A stretch of DNA of 64,000 bases from Chiloscyllium plagiosum (Eukaryota). A program made the position numbers and the translations under genes. A model generated the notes under the pieces. The model was not told where the DNA came from. It ran no database searches and saw nothing but the letters and a program-made list of their open reading frames with translations. Positions within the stretch are counted from its first letter, which is position 1. Every line of letters begins with the position of its first letter. Positions 1 through 13,050 of the stretch are shown here, piece after piece. The stretch lies in contig NC_057755.1 of NCBI RefSeq assembly GCF_004010195.1, positions 10,015,989-10,079,988 of the forward strand, given 5' to 3'.

Positions 1-465
1 AAAGATGATGCTTCCACGTGCTTGTGATAAAAAGGTTAGATGATACATGACACCACCTTTGTGTATTGTGAATTACATAGTATGGTCTGTACACAAAGGG
101 CCATGGGATGTTCCTGAAGCAGAATAACATGGTCAAGGTCAACGTGACAACACTAGCTGTACTCCCTGTGCAATATCTTTTTTTTTAGATTCTGGCAGCA
201 TATAGCAACAAAGCGATGAAAGGTGAAAGTGATGGTGAACCAGACAGACCAATCTACATTTGTAGGGGACAGGTAAATAATGAATTCGCACACAGAAATG
301 TAGAGTAGAAAAGAGTTCTATCAGTCAATGCAGCCAAACTGCACAATATTATGTTTTGGAAAATCACCATGAGATCTGTTGTAGCCATAGCCACCAGTTA
401 GTTAGTGATACACTTCAAGAGACTGCACCTTCCCCGAGACACGATCCCAATTGTCTGGAGGTTTA
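1..465 (-). pseudogene. GPR139-like GPCR pseudogene, exon 2 (runs off window start)
   Basis: Colinear with 34947-34480. Acceptor cacag|TAAAC at 466/465. Reads VNLQTIGIVSRGRCSLLKCITN*LVAMATTDLMVIF..., with an in-frame TAA, a frameshift before FLLYISVCEF, DRF changed to HRF, and an apparent +1 in an A9 run. Confidence 0.85.
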
Positions 466-739
466 CTGTGATTAAAGATAAGCAAATACAAAACCAGAAT
501 CACGTTTGGAACTTCACATTCATGGGATGCAGGAGCGACTGGATAGGCCAATTATTATTATCGAATTTAAGAATCCCATCAGCTCGGACACAGACTATTC
601 GACCATTAAATCTACACCGACCCTCCATGCTGCACCTCAACCAGGCACACCCTGCCAACCTGTCCCTATAATCTTGCATTCCTCATGGATAATCCAACCA
701 GTCTTCAGTTCCTTGGACATGATCAGAAAGTTAGAATGT

Positions 740-915
740 CAAACGCATTTCCCCTCAACATCGTTGAAAAACTGGAGCACACTGAGGACACCTATGCAGA
801 CATGGGAAAATGCCTAAACTCTGCACAGTCACCTGATCGTGAAATCGAACCTTGATCCTTGGCACTGTAAGGAAGCAGTGCATACTACTGACCCTTGACC
901 CACCGAACCACTGTG
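740..915 (-). mobile_element. tRNA-derived SINE remnant (HE1-like)
   Basis: Motifs ggagcacactgagga...aaactctgcacagtcacc...gaaatcgaacct...ggcactg; homologous copy at ~35215-35405 in the paralogous intron. Confidence 0.55.
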
Positions 916-1049
916 CTAACATTGTCCATTCTTAATTTCCCAGAGGACAGTTAAGAGTCGAGCACATTGTTGTCGGTTGGGGGACACATGGATGAGACCA
1001 AATGACAACAAGAAATTAGAGCTGAAGAAAGTCGTTTGACTTCATGATC

Positions 1050-1590
1050 CTGCTCCACCAGACATGGCTGATCCAAAACTCCTCAGTCCATGTTCTTGAA
1101 TTGGCTCCCCAAATCTGCATTCCCTGACTGGTCCAGCATCTACCTCTCTCGCTTTTAAATCTACACAAGGGGTCTGCTCCCACTGCTCTCTGTGGTAAGT
1201 GAATCCAAAGACTCAAAACCCTCTAAGTGAAGCAATTCCTCCTCATCTCAGTCATAAATAGGTAACTCTTGAATCTGACACTATACCTCCCATTCCAGAT
1301 TCTCCAATAAGCGCAACCATTCTCTTAGCCTGTCTCCTGTCAAGCCACTTAAGAATCCCGCAATTTAAATAAAATTACCTCGTTTCCTCTAAATTCCAGT
1401 GAGTGTAGAATCAGCTTGTTTAACCTTTTGATAATTAGACACCTATCCTGTACTAGGGATCATGCTAGTGAACCTTCTATGAACAGCCTATGATGAAATA
1501 AAACTTTGTACAATGGGATCAAGACTGGTCATGTTACTGCAGATGTGGTCACAGTGGCGCTTAATATATTTGGAGTAGACTCTTCTACTC
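1050..1590 (-). mobile_element. CR1 LINE 3' fragment, decayed
   Basis: Reverse strand resembles the CR1 ORF2 C-terminus/3' UTR (LWIHLPQRAV... in the 1016-1216 ORF). Confidence 0.6.
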
Positions 1591-2440
1591 CGTACTTGCG
1601 TTGGCTAGACGAGGTAAAGACAACAAATGACATTTCCTGTATCGCATTAGTGAATCAGATGAGATTTTTATACAACAACTGATAAATTAGCTTATCATTG
1701 AATTTAAATTTCCCCATCTGACATGGTGGGATTTGAGTTCCTGTCCCAAAAACATTAGCCTGGGATACTGGATTACTCGTCCAGAGTCATCATCATAACA
1801 TCATTGCCTCTAATTTGACTGATCGCATTTGAATATTTCATCTCATCCCCTCACACGTCTTTCTGAATTGTCCAGGGCGCAGAGATGAGGACGGCTGTAA
1901 AATTGGACAATCAACTTGAATGTGAGAATATCTGTACTTTTATATGTTGATCCTGCAATGAAAATAAATAGAACATCCTCACACTCAAGTCGTCGCTGTG
2001 TTTTCACTGTCCAACAGATCAATTTTTAACGTCAGTCCTCTTGAAAGAATAAAGAAAAAAAGGGCAATCTTTGCAAGCGTACAATGGTATTTCAAGGAGT
2101 AGTGATTTTATATCTTTTGCAAGAATGCGACCAATTTTCTGACAAGATACCCAACCCAGCATTCACATAATTTGTGGCTTCTACCTGTGCCTCATTTCCT
2201 TCAATCACAGAGAACATCGAATTATTTTCCTTGGTATTTATTATCCAGTGGTCCTGGAACGTTAAAACACAACTCGAGAATACAGATCTCCTAGGCACAG
2301 AGGTAGGGCACTGCTGCTGATCCATAGGAGCCCCAAGCAAGTGGAGATATTTCTGATTAAATTGACCTTAGAATGTTCGTTCACACATTGACATTATTCT
2401 TTGAAACTTTGTTGAAGACCATAGCATGAATATCAATTTA
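1464..2440 (+). repeat. 977-bp direct duplication, copy 1 (copy 2 at 6399-7375)
   Basis: gctagtgaaccttctatg...gaatatcaattta recurs at offset 4935 with few substitutions. Confidence 0.95.
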
Positions 2441-2953
2441 ACAGTTGGACAGATAAAGGAGTGGATAGTGATCTGGTTGGGAGTGTTAATACTTATTAAT
2501 AAGGACTGTCAGTTGCTAACAATTGGTTGAATGTAATAACAGAATATGTCATTACAGACAGCGTTACACGGATTAGTTATTACAGATTACAGATGGCCTG
2601 GTATTGGGGTAAGGTCATGGGAGAGCTCAAATGCTGAAGTTATTGAATTTAATATTGAGTCCAGAAGGCTGAAGGATTATTATGCTGAGGAAGGGCGACT
2701 GTTGTGAACCCTTATCTCTATTTCTCTTCACAGATGCTGCCGGACCTACTGGGTATTTCCAATAATTTCAATATTGATTTATTTTTTACAGTCTCTGCAG
2801 TTATTTTGATTTTATTTCAATGGAAGTTTTCTGTTACTATATTGTGGTACAATTATTTATACACCTTTACACATGTGACAGTTCACCAATTTATATTTAG
2901 TAAACTGAAGTGAAATCAATGACTTCAAATTCTACATTCGGAAGTAAAAACCA

Positions 2954-5055
2954 AGGGTGTAGGTTTGCTCGCTGAGCTGTAGGTTTGATATCCAGATGTC
3001 TCATTACCTGGCGAGGTAACATCATCAGTGGCGACCTCAAAGTGAAGCAAAGCTGTTGTCTCCTGATTTCTATTTATAACTTTCTCCGAGAGAGGGTTCC
3101 TGGGCTTTGTGGTGATTTCATTTCTTGTTCGTTTTTTGAGGGGTTGATAGATGGAATCTAGATCTATGTGTTTATATATGGCGTTGTGGTTGGAGTGCCA
3201 GGCCTCTAGGAATTCTCTGGCATGTCTTTGCTTAGCCTGTCCTAGGATAGATGTGTTGTCCCAGTCGAAATGGTGGGACTCCATTGAGAAAGCCAATGCA
3301 CTACTCGCAGACACCAACGCGTACCAAAAGGTGGCACTAGACCCGACCCCACAACTGGGAAACAAAATTACATATCTCCTAAGGAAATTACACTATTCCG
3401 GAGAATTAAACAAGACAGAATTCCAGAAAATGAAACCCGACGGGACCAACACCCCACGATTCTACAGACTACCAAATATCCATAAACCAGGGCCCCCCCT
3501 CAGACCTACACTCTCACTACGCGGAACACCAATTTACAGACTGGCCAAAGAACAACACGCAAGACTGACGTACCTAGTAGAAGAGTCACAGCACTCCATC
3601 CACTCCACCTAGGAATTCCTAAAAATAATCAAAAACACCAAAATAGAGGAAGACGAACAATGATCTCATTCGAAGTGACTGTTCACCTCCATCAACATCG
3701 ACCTAGCAAAGGAAACATTCACCACGCTTTTAGAAGAGACCATCACACACGCACCAACCACAATCAATCATACTACCAACGAAAACATCATGAAGCTAGT
3801 GGATCTGTGCCTCACCACCCACTTCACTTTCAATAATATAGTCTTCAAACAAACCAACGGCACACCCATGGGATCTCCGCTATCAGGATTCATAGCAGAA
3901 GCGGTAATGCAAACGCTAGAACAAACAGCCCTATCAATAATCAAACCAAAAATCTGTGTTCGCTTCGTAGATGACACCTTTGATATCACAAAACGAAACA
4001 AGATAGAAGAGACATTTAACATAATCAACAACACCCTCACAGGCATAACGTTCACCAAGGGGGTAGGAAACCGACAATAAACTCGCATTTCTGTTCGTCA
4101 CAGTAAAAAGAAAGGACAAGGGAGAATTACAAACCTGCGTATACAGAAAACTGGCAAACACTGACCAAATACTCAACTACACCAGCAACCATCCCCAACG
4201 CACACAAACAAAGCTGTATCAGAACACTATTCCAACGAGCCACCACACACTGCAGACAGACGAACATCGGAAAACAGAGGAGAACCACCTGTACAACGTA
4301 TTCAAGAAGAACGGATACTGAAAAAATACAGTGCACAGATTCCTCAAGAACAAACCACGACAAGCAGACCAAACCCAGCCAGAAACCCTAACCACCTTAC
4401 CATACATCAAAGATGTTTCAGAAATGACAGCCAGACTACTGAGACCCCTCGGAATCCTAATAGCACACAGATCCACCAACACTCTCAAACAAAAACTAAC
4501 AATCTTAAAAGACCCAGTAGAACCCATGGACAAAACCAACGTCATCTACAAAATTCAATGCAAGGACTGCCACAAACACTACGTAGAACAAACAGGAAGA
4601 AATTTAGCCACCAGTATACATGAGCACCAGCTATCCAGAAATATACACTACCCTCCCTCCCTCGTAGCCCTACACACGGATGAATAAAAAACACCATTTC
4701 AACTGGGACAACACATCTATCCTGGGATCGGCTAAGCAAAGACATGCCAGAGAATTCCTAGAGGCCTGGCACTCCAACGACAACGCCATAAACAAACACA
4801 TAGATATAGATGCCATCTATCAAACCCTCAGAAAACGAACAGGAAATGACATCACCGCAAACCCCAGGAACCCCCTCCAGGAGAAAGATATAAATAGAAA
4901 GCAGGCGACAACAGCTTCGCTTCACTTGGAGGTCGCCACTGAAGATGTTACCTAGCCAGGTAATGAAACGTTCTGGAAATCAAATCTGCAGCTCAGCGAG
5001 CAAACCTACACCCTAAATCTCAGCCTGAGCTACAAACCTTCACAAACCATGCAAA
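2954..5055 (+). mobile_element. Penelope-like retroelement (RT + GIY-YIG), 5'-truncated, with an inverted partial pseudo-LTR
   Basis: RT motifs GTPMGSPLSG and RFVDDTF; GIY-YIG-like NVIYKIQCKDCHKHYVEQT; broken by stops and frameshifts. 2954-3275 is the reverse complement of ~4690-5013. Confidence 0.92.
4936..4976 (+). ncRNA. Minimal hammerhead ribozyme motif in the Penelope pLTR
   Basis: CCA-CTGAAGA-t-GTTACCT-agcc-AGGTAAT-GAAA-cgttc-TGG: conserved core, stem II and short stem I. Confidence 0.7.
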
Positions 5056-5689
5056 AAGTAAGAACCAAATAAGGAGATCATCAATTCGAAAGATTTGTTG
5101 TGAATGGCAAGAGGATACAAATCAGATAAATAATTCTACATGTATATAATAAGCAATTTTACTTGAAATTCGTTCATACAGTTGTAAATTATGCATGTTC
5201 CAGTCGTTCAGAGCTGTGGCCAATTAAAGATGCTAGTGCATTATATCTTGCAATGATGTGATGAATGTTTTATTTTATAGAGGGCGATAACAATGTAAAT
5301 ATGGCAACTTTGGCGACTATGGCTGACGTTCAGCAATTCAAAGATGCAGCGTTACAGCAGGACAATGCATTTAAAATTAAAGAAGATATGGACGAGGTCA
5401 GTGCAAATCCATTCTATCAGAATTCATTCACTCCAATTGAAGCTGAGTTTCGTTTGTCATAAATGGATCTTATCCAATAGTGGAACCCAACAAAAGTGTA
5501 CTGTTTATTGTACTTACAGGGTCATCAAGTAGTCTCACAGTTCTTAGAAAATAAATATTTACAATATTGCACTTTACCTAAGAAGAAAGACCAAGACATT
5601 AAAACCATGGACCAAGTGCTGGGACATAAGATTAATTTTTTTGTCTTGTTGCCTCTAACTGACACAGATATGATTGGCTGAAGAATCTT

Positions 5690-5930
5690 TTGTTTGTTTT
5701 GGGTAGATGTGCCATATAGTTGGATTGGCCTGTTAAGAACAATTGCCCTGTAGTGCCCCTAGGGTATGTTGGTTAGTGAGTTGACCATTGCAAAAACCCA
5801 AGTGTTTTTTGGGAACGTAGGGGTTGGGGCGATGTATTTGGGTCCAGGTGAGATGCCATTCTAAGTGTCGATGGGCAGAAAACTCTCTTTCTGCATTGTG
5901 GGATTCTATGATTCTAGATCTCCGAGACTC
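5690..5930 (+). mobile_element. SINE remnant (HE1-like 3' part)
   Basis: ggattggcc...aattgccctgtagtg...gggcagaaaactctctttctgcattgtgggattctatgattcta tail. Confidence 0.5.
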
Positions 5931-6398
5931 TATAACTACCAATTTCTTCCGAATTTATGCATTACGCACGCAAATCCTACGCAGGTGCAAATGTCTCTTG
6001 CACCTGAAATACGCGCTCATATTTCACTCCAGGGTAATGTGGCTGGCTCTCAAACGAAGTGAATATTGGATCTTCTACCTACAGATGGCGTTATTGCATA
6101 TTTTAACATTCAATAGCAACAACTGTACCAACAAGTTTTCATAAGTACCTCTTTTAGACGAGAGTCTGGATATTAGTAATGTCGATCTGAAATCCAATGA
6201 TGTCCCATGAATCGCCAATGTTTCATTTCTGAGATAAGTGATAATAGCTCCAGTGGTTCTCTGTGTAATGTCAGAAATTCGAAGTTACATACTGTTTGTC
6301 TCAGCAGCTGTCCAGGTGGTGATGGATCTTACCTATAATCAACACAACTGGGTCTGTCCAGTCCTCATCACCCCATCATTTGTATTTTTAACTTGCCC

Positions 6399-7375
6399 GC
6401 TAGTGAACCTTCTATGAACAGCCTATGATGAAATAAAACTTTGTACAATGGGATCAAGACTGGTCATGTTACTGCAGATGTGGTCACAGTGGCGCTTAAT
6501 ATATTTGGAGTAGACTCTTCTACTCCGTACTTGCGTTGGCTAGACGAGGTAAAGACAACAAATGACATTTCCTGTATCGCATTAGTGAATCAGATGAGAT
6601 TTTTATACAGCAACTGATAAATTAGCTTCTCATTGAATTTAAATTTCCCCATCTGACATGGTGGGATTTGAGTTCATGTCCCAAAAACATTAGCCTGAGA
6701 TACTGGATTACTCGTCCAGCGTCATCATCATAACATCATTACCTCTAATTTGACTGATCGCATTTGAATATTTCATCGTATCCCCTCACACGTCTTTGTG
6801 AATGGTCCAGGGCGCAGAGATGAGGAGGGCTGTAAAATTGGACAATCAACTTGAATGTGAGAATATCTGTACTTTTATATGTTGATCCTGCAATGAAAAT
6901 AAATAGAAAATCCTCACACTCAAGTCCTCGCTGTGTTTTCACTGTCCAACAGATCAATTTTTAACGTCAGTCCTCTTGAAAGAATAAAGAAAAAAAGGGC
7001 AATCTTTGCAAGCGTACAATGGTATTTCAAGGAGTAGTGATTTTATATCTTTTGCAAGAATGCGACCAATTTTCTGACAAATTATCCAACCCAGCATTCA
7101 CATAATTTGTGGCTTCTACCTGTGTCTCATTTCCTTCAATCACAGAGAACATCGAATTATTTTCCTTGGTATTTATTATCCAGTGGTCCAGGAACGTTAA
7201 AACACAACTCTAGAATACAGATCTCCTAGGCACAGAGGTAGGGCACTGCTGCTGATTCATAGGAGCCCCAAGCAAGTGGAGATATTTCTGATTAAATTGA
7301 CCTTAGAATGTTCGTTCACACATTGACATTATTCTTTAAAACTTTGTTGAAGACCATAGCATGAATATCAATTTA
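6399..7375 (+). repeat. 977-bp direct duplication, copy 2
   Basis: Near-identical to 1464-2440. Confidence 0.95.
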
Positions 7376-8493
7376 GCTCTGGCGACCTGTCACGAATTAA
7401 TGTCAGGGATTGGATTGTTGCTGTTGCTTTGATTATGACATTTTTCTGAGGCATTTTACCTGATGGAATCTTCTTTTTTGTGTGTTATCTAGCATATAGA
7501 ATGCTTCTCGTCCGATTGGAAACCTTTAAGTTCAGCACAAAGCAAGAATTCAACATTCCTCCCACTTCCTTTGCTTTATGACAACATCGTCATCATCCGA
7601 TTGCAAATTGCTCCTGAGCACCCTCTTCTTTTTTTATTTGTAACGTTCTTGGTGTGGAGGTTGGGGGACCTCACGAGATTTTTACCTTGCCCTCTTTTTG
7701 ATGGTCACTTGAAGTTTTCTGAGTGATGTGATGTCATCTCTCAAAACTGCAGTGTTGTGTGGATCTGTACTTTAGTAAGGACAGATTCAGATTGTTGAGT
7801 CGAATTGAATCCTTTAAGAGGACCTCCACTGACCTGCTGTCATTTTCACCATCAGAATCTCAGCTAGTTTCCTTCTCTTAACACAGGCTCTCTCTGTTGG
7901 TTTGTACTGATACAAGAAAATGAGGGAAATTCAATGATTAATGATAAATTGTGATCATATTGTATAAAAGAACCGCCAGGTTCTCAGGGCTGAATGCCCC
8001 CTAGTTCTTATGCTTTCATGTTATTAAATTGTCTCCAGAAATAAAGGAACACTGAGGATTAAAACTAAAATTCAACAACAATGACAGGGGAAGGGGACAT
8101 TACCAATAAAGTGAGCATGAGGAAAGGACACACTTTCAACAAAATGCACCAAAGGTTAGTGAGAGAGTTAAAAGGCCATTCGGCCCCTCAAGTCTGCACC
8201 AACTACCTAACTGTTCTCAACCCATTTCCCAGCAGTTGGCCCATCGCCTTTGTTTCCCAAGTGCAAATCATAATGCTCCTTCGACGTAATGAGTGTTTAT
8301 GCCTCTAATACACTCTAATACTCATTCAGGCAGTGGGCTTCAGATTCTGACCACCCTCTGAGTGAAACCAAGTTTTCTCCCATTTCCTCAAAACTTTCTA
8401 ACGCTTAACTTTCTAACGCTCAATGATCCTCCATCAAGGCAAAATGTTACTTTCAGTCCACCTTGCCTCATAATTTTTGCATTTCAATCTTGT

Positions 8494-9905
8494 CCCCTCT
8501 CAGTCACCTCAGCTACAAAGAAAACAATCCCAGTCTGTCCAACTTTCTTCATAACTGAAACTCTCCAGCCCAGGCAACATCCTTGAAAAGGTAAGATGGA
8601 AACACATGCGATAATGAACATGGGAATGACACAGAGAGGATCAAAAGAAGCAGGATGTTACAGCGGAGAAATGTAGTATGACTGAGGACAACGACAAAGA
8701 TCAATGAAGCAGGATAAACCTGAACATCAAGAATCAAAGCCAGGGAAATGATAGCAAGTACAAAGTTTCAAGGATGGTACTAATGGAGGAGAAATTGGGG
8801 AGATTTTTTTTTAAATCAAGTAGAATGGACATAGAAATCATGACGGTGTCAACGGTGACACAAACTTGAGAGAAGGGATCGCTGATGATGAAAGTTATTT
8901 TTTAGAACACAACACCACCAAACGAAGAATAAGCGTTGAGTCGTCAAGGTGAATAATGTGACAAAGAGAACTCAATCCGAAGGACGGACAGAGAAGAAGG
9001 CAAAAAAAAAAATGACGTGAGAGAAAAGGATCATGGAATTATCAGCACCAATGACCAGAGGCACGCGAGAAAATCTAACATCACACTGAGCAACAGCATG
9101 AGAGAGGGGGTGACATAATGGGGCACAGAGAGGGAGCAGGGGACAAAAGAGAGAGCAAGGCAGAGCGAGTACAATCCAACGGGTGAACTAGATAAGGACA
9201 CCCCTCTCAGTCACCTCAGCTACAAAGAAAACAATCCCAGTCTGTCCAACTTTCTTCATAACTGAAACTCTCCAGCCCAGGCAACATCCTTGAAAAGGTA
9301 AGATGGAAACACATGCGATAATGAACATGGGAATGACACAGAGAGGATCAAAAGAAGCAGGATGTTACAGCGGAGAAATGTAGTATGACTGAGGACAACG
9401 ACAAAGATCAATGAAGCAGGATAAACCTGAACATCAAGAATCAAAGCCAGGGAAATGATAGCAAGTACAAAGTTTCAAGGATGGCACTAATGGAGGAGAA
9501 ATTGGGGAGATTTTTTTTAAATCAAGAAGAATGGACATAGAAATCATGACGGTGTCAACGGTGACACAAACTTGAGAGAAGGGATCGCTGTTGATGAAAG
9601 TTATTTTTTAGAACACAACACCACCAAACGAAGAATAAGCGTTGAGTCGTCAAGGAGAATAATGAGACAAAGGGAACTCAATCCGAAGGACGGACAGAGA
9701 AGAAGGCAAAAAAAAAATGGCGTGAGAGAAAAGGATCGTGGAATTATCAGCACCAATGACCAGAGGCACGCGAGAAAATCTAACATCACACTGAGCAACA
9801 GCATGAGAGAGGGGGTGACATAATGGGGCACAGAGAGGGAGCAGGGGACAAAAGAGAGAGCAAGGCAGAGCGAGTACAATCCAAAGGGTGAACTAGATAA
9901 GGACA
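8494..9905 (+). repeat. Tandem duplication, 2 x ~707 bp (8494-9200, 9201-9905)
   Basis: Both copies start cccctctcagtcacc and end gataaggaca; identical 62-aa ORFs 707 bp apart. Confidence 0.95.
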
Positions 9906-10111
9906 GAAAAGCAAACCATTCTTCAATAAAAGTGCTTTAGAGAATCGTTGGCCCATAACAAAAGTGTATTGAAGATAGGAAAAACTCAACTGAAAAAGAG
10001 TATGTGCAAAGCAAAAAGACAATATAGAACTCGATAATATAGCCGAAAGTTAAACAATAACACGTTTGATAAGTTGTGTTTAATTAGCAACTGAGTCTGG
10101 AAATGTCTGAC

Positions 10112-10181
10112 CAGGTACACGAACTGCTTCCAGAATAGAACAAAATACAACCTCTATTAAATGCGTTTTAGAACTAAACAT
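10112..10181 (-). pseudogene. GPR139-like pseudogene, coding exon 1
   Basis: 70 bp, MFSSKTHLIEVVFCSILEAVRVP+G|gtcaga; same length and phase as 38157-38088. Confidence 0.8.
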
Positions 10182-10937
10182 TGTCTTTTTGAAGCCAAAT
10201 TACTCTCAGACTTTGTTTATTCAATCCAGTGAGAAATGGCTGTCTATTCTTTATACTGTGATGAATCCTCGGTGATTGTATGAGGTTGGATTTGCACTGT
10301 GCCTAGTTACAGCCTCTTGAGTAAATCAGACAATACCTTTGAGATCTTCATTATCCAATTTATTGCACAATGTGCTGAAATAAAGATGGCGTCTTACTTA
10401 AAGGAGTGGGTAAGTAACTTTTACATATTATTTCAAGAGGCACTCTCACCCTTTAGACAGTGTCTAATGGCTTGGTCAGAAACGACAGGAGGGGGTTTAA
10501 TCTGATTTGAATTATTGTCACATGTACAGAGATAGAGTGTAAAGTATTGGTTTTCCTGCCATACAGTGTTATGGTCAGAACAAACTCCCTAAAATCTATT
10601 AAGGCAATGGCCTAGAAACACTCTTTTTTTCTTAATTCAAAGGCAAGACCCCTTGGTTGCTTTCCAGGTTCAGAATGATTGTTCAAGTTACCTGATTTGT
10701 AGCAAAACAGACTTGATTCTTTCACCATAGTTAAAATACAACAAAAGCAAGAATTGGAATAAGATAACTCAAATGGAAGATTTTATACAGCGATAGGTTA
10801 ATTCAGTATGAAATAGTAGTTGTGTCAATGTACTAATGTTGCACAAACAAACATATGGCAAGGGAAAATTCAGCAAAATAGATTTTCTCACTATCAGTTC
10901 TCCATTCCAAGGTGAAAAGCGTCAAGAGAAATCTCTG

Positions 10938-10971
<34 letters not shown>

Positions 10972-11627
10972 TCTCTGTGTCTGTGTATGAGAGAGAGAGA
11001 GATCAGCAGCAGAAAGAGAGAGAGAGAGATGTACTGGCCATTTCAAACTCAGCTTCAACTCCTCAAGATCTGCTGCTGAGAAAATAAAATTAAAAATCCT
11101 GGCTCTGGGGGAGCATGACCCAACTCATTCAGGCAACTTCGAAATTTTAACAACATCGCAAGACCTCACAATTTGCTTACTTAGTTGGACTCAAATCGAC
11201 AGTGGTTTTTCACCTCTGTCTTAAAATTTCGCTTCTATTTTTTTAAAGTACAAAATACACCTCTAATTTAAAAAGTACAAAATTCACCTCTTAAAGCCAT
11301 AGAATATTTACACGTCCCTTCTGAAAAGAAGATGAACCATCAATATACAAAGCTGGCTGAATTTTTAAAAGATTTTACACATATGCCTTTGTACACAATG
11401 CTACATATACATTACATTGACTCTAAGGATGTAAACATAACCCACTACAATTAATTTCTGTCTATTTTCCCTGCCTCGGAAGGTGTCCCTTTCCCTTCAT
11501 CAAAGCCACGACAGCGCAATTACATTCTATCGTCAGACACGTGTATGATTTTCAAGTTGAATGGCTGCAATAATGAGCTGCATCTTAACAAGTCTGGAAT
11601 TTTGATTTTTTTTTCTAAAATCTTTAA

Positions 11628-12231
11628 GTGTTTCCAACCAGGCCAGAACCACTGAAAACATTTCAAGAAGGTAGCCCTGACCCTAACTTTTCTGGTTGTT
11701 TTTAGGATGCGTACAGTGGATATTTCAGGAGTGATGCAGCTGGTCAAACCACGCAATCAAAAAATAAAGAATTTAGTTACACACGAATAAAAAAAGAACT
11801 TGAAATACCATGACTGTTTGAAAACCCAAACGACATGAAAACGCAAGGCAATAATACCGTTTCAAACACATGCAACATCCCATAAAAAAACACTTGGCAA
11901 AAAGCAAAATTCAAGCAAAGTTTTTTACTGGACCAGTGTCAAAAAGAGACAGAGGATCAGCCTGGAATTGCTTCTTTGGGTCCATCAGCTTCTCTGCGTT
12001 CCCAGACAAAACTTGACTTGCATTGGAAAACAAAACTGTTTGCTAAAACCAAACGAAACCAAACCCTGATGTTTGAGTACCGGCCGCTGTCCTTTCATTG
12101 TACAAGTGTTTAAAAAATCACTTAAAACCTTTCACAATAAGGTAATTCCACGCAAATGGGAACCTCTATCTTTACAACATCTCTGAAAAAGAAACAGGAA
12201 CAACACATTTTCAAAAGGGCAGCATCCTCAC
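11628..12231 (-). mobile_element. Probable solo LTR of a related family nested in the Gypsy element
   Basis: TG...CA-bounded segment with the same layout as the 10567 and 17395 LTRs (accctaac, aaaacacttggcaaaaagcaaaattc). Confidence 0.5.
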
Positions 12232-12574
12232 AATCAGCATGTTCAATTATCTCAGAAACAAGACTGGCAACATAAATGTTCACATGCTGTACAAGGTTTC
12301 TTTATCAATTGTCCAATATTTCTGATGATTATTGAATCTTCTGGAAAACATGCACTGTATCATTTTTATCTTCTTGTATTTTTCTTGCAAGACTACAAAA
12401 ATAACACCCACATAATTCGCAACGATAGACACCTTGAATAGTTTTATGTCATTAGATGTGGCTAACATTCCGGCTGTCAAATGCATTCTTACGTTTCTCC
12501 ATCCAATGTAATTTTCTGCAGTTCAACACGTCAGTCAGTGAAGCAACATCCTTGATAAAATTCGGAGGGAAAAA

Positions 12575-13050
12575 TGTGGCAGTGGAAAACAGGTCAGGCA
12601 GCATTGGAAGAGCAGGTGAGTCGATATTTTGGGCATTACCCGTTCATCAGGTGTACGGATGGAGAACAGGGCTTAGCAATAAAGAGGGGGCTTAGCATAG
12701 GGTTGAGGGGTAGTTCGGTATGAAGTCAATATGTGGATGTAGGTGGGGGAGTAATTTTGATAGCTTGGTGGAGAGGGGAAGCAGTAGTTGGGAAGAAAGA
12801 TGAACAGTTAGGACAGGCCAAGAGGGCAGTGGTGTGTTTGATGGTTGAATCTCGGTGGATGTGATAGGAAGTGAGTATTGGAGATTGGTGAAGTCAATTT
12901 TGATGCTGTGTTGTTGCATGATTCGGAGGTGGAAGATGAGGCATTCTTCCTCCAGTTGGTCATTATGTTTGATTTGGTGGTGGATGAGGCCCATGTCTGG
13001 CATATCCTTGAGGGAATGACAGGGAGACTAGAAGTGTTCGGTGCATGAAC
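12575..13050 (-). mobile_element. Penelope-like 3' fragment
   Basis: Similar to 19815-20100: pLTR end plus QLEEECLIFHL endonuclease tail. Confidence 0.65.
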
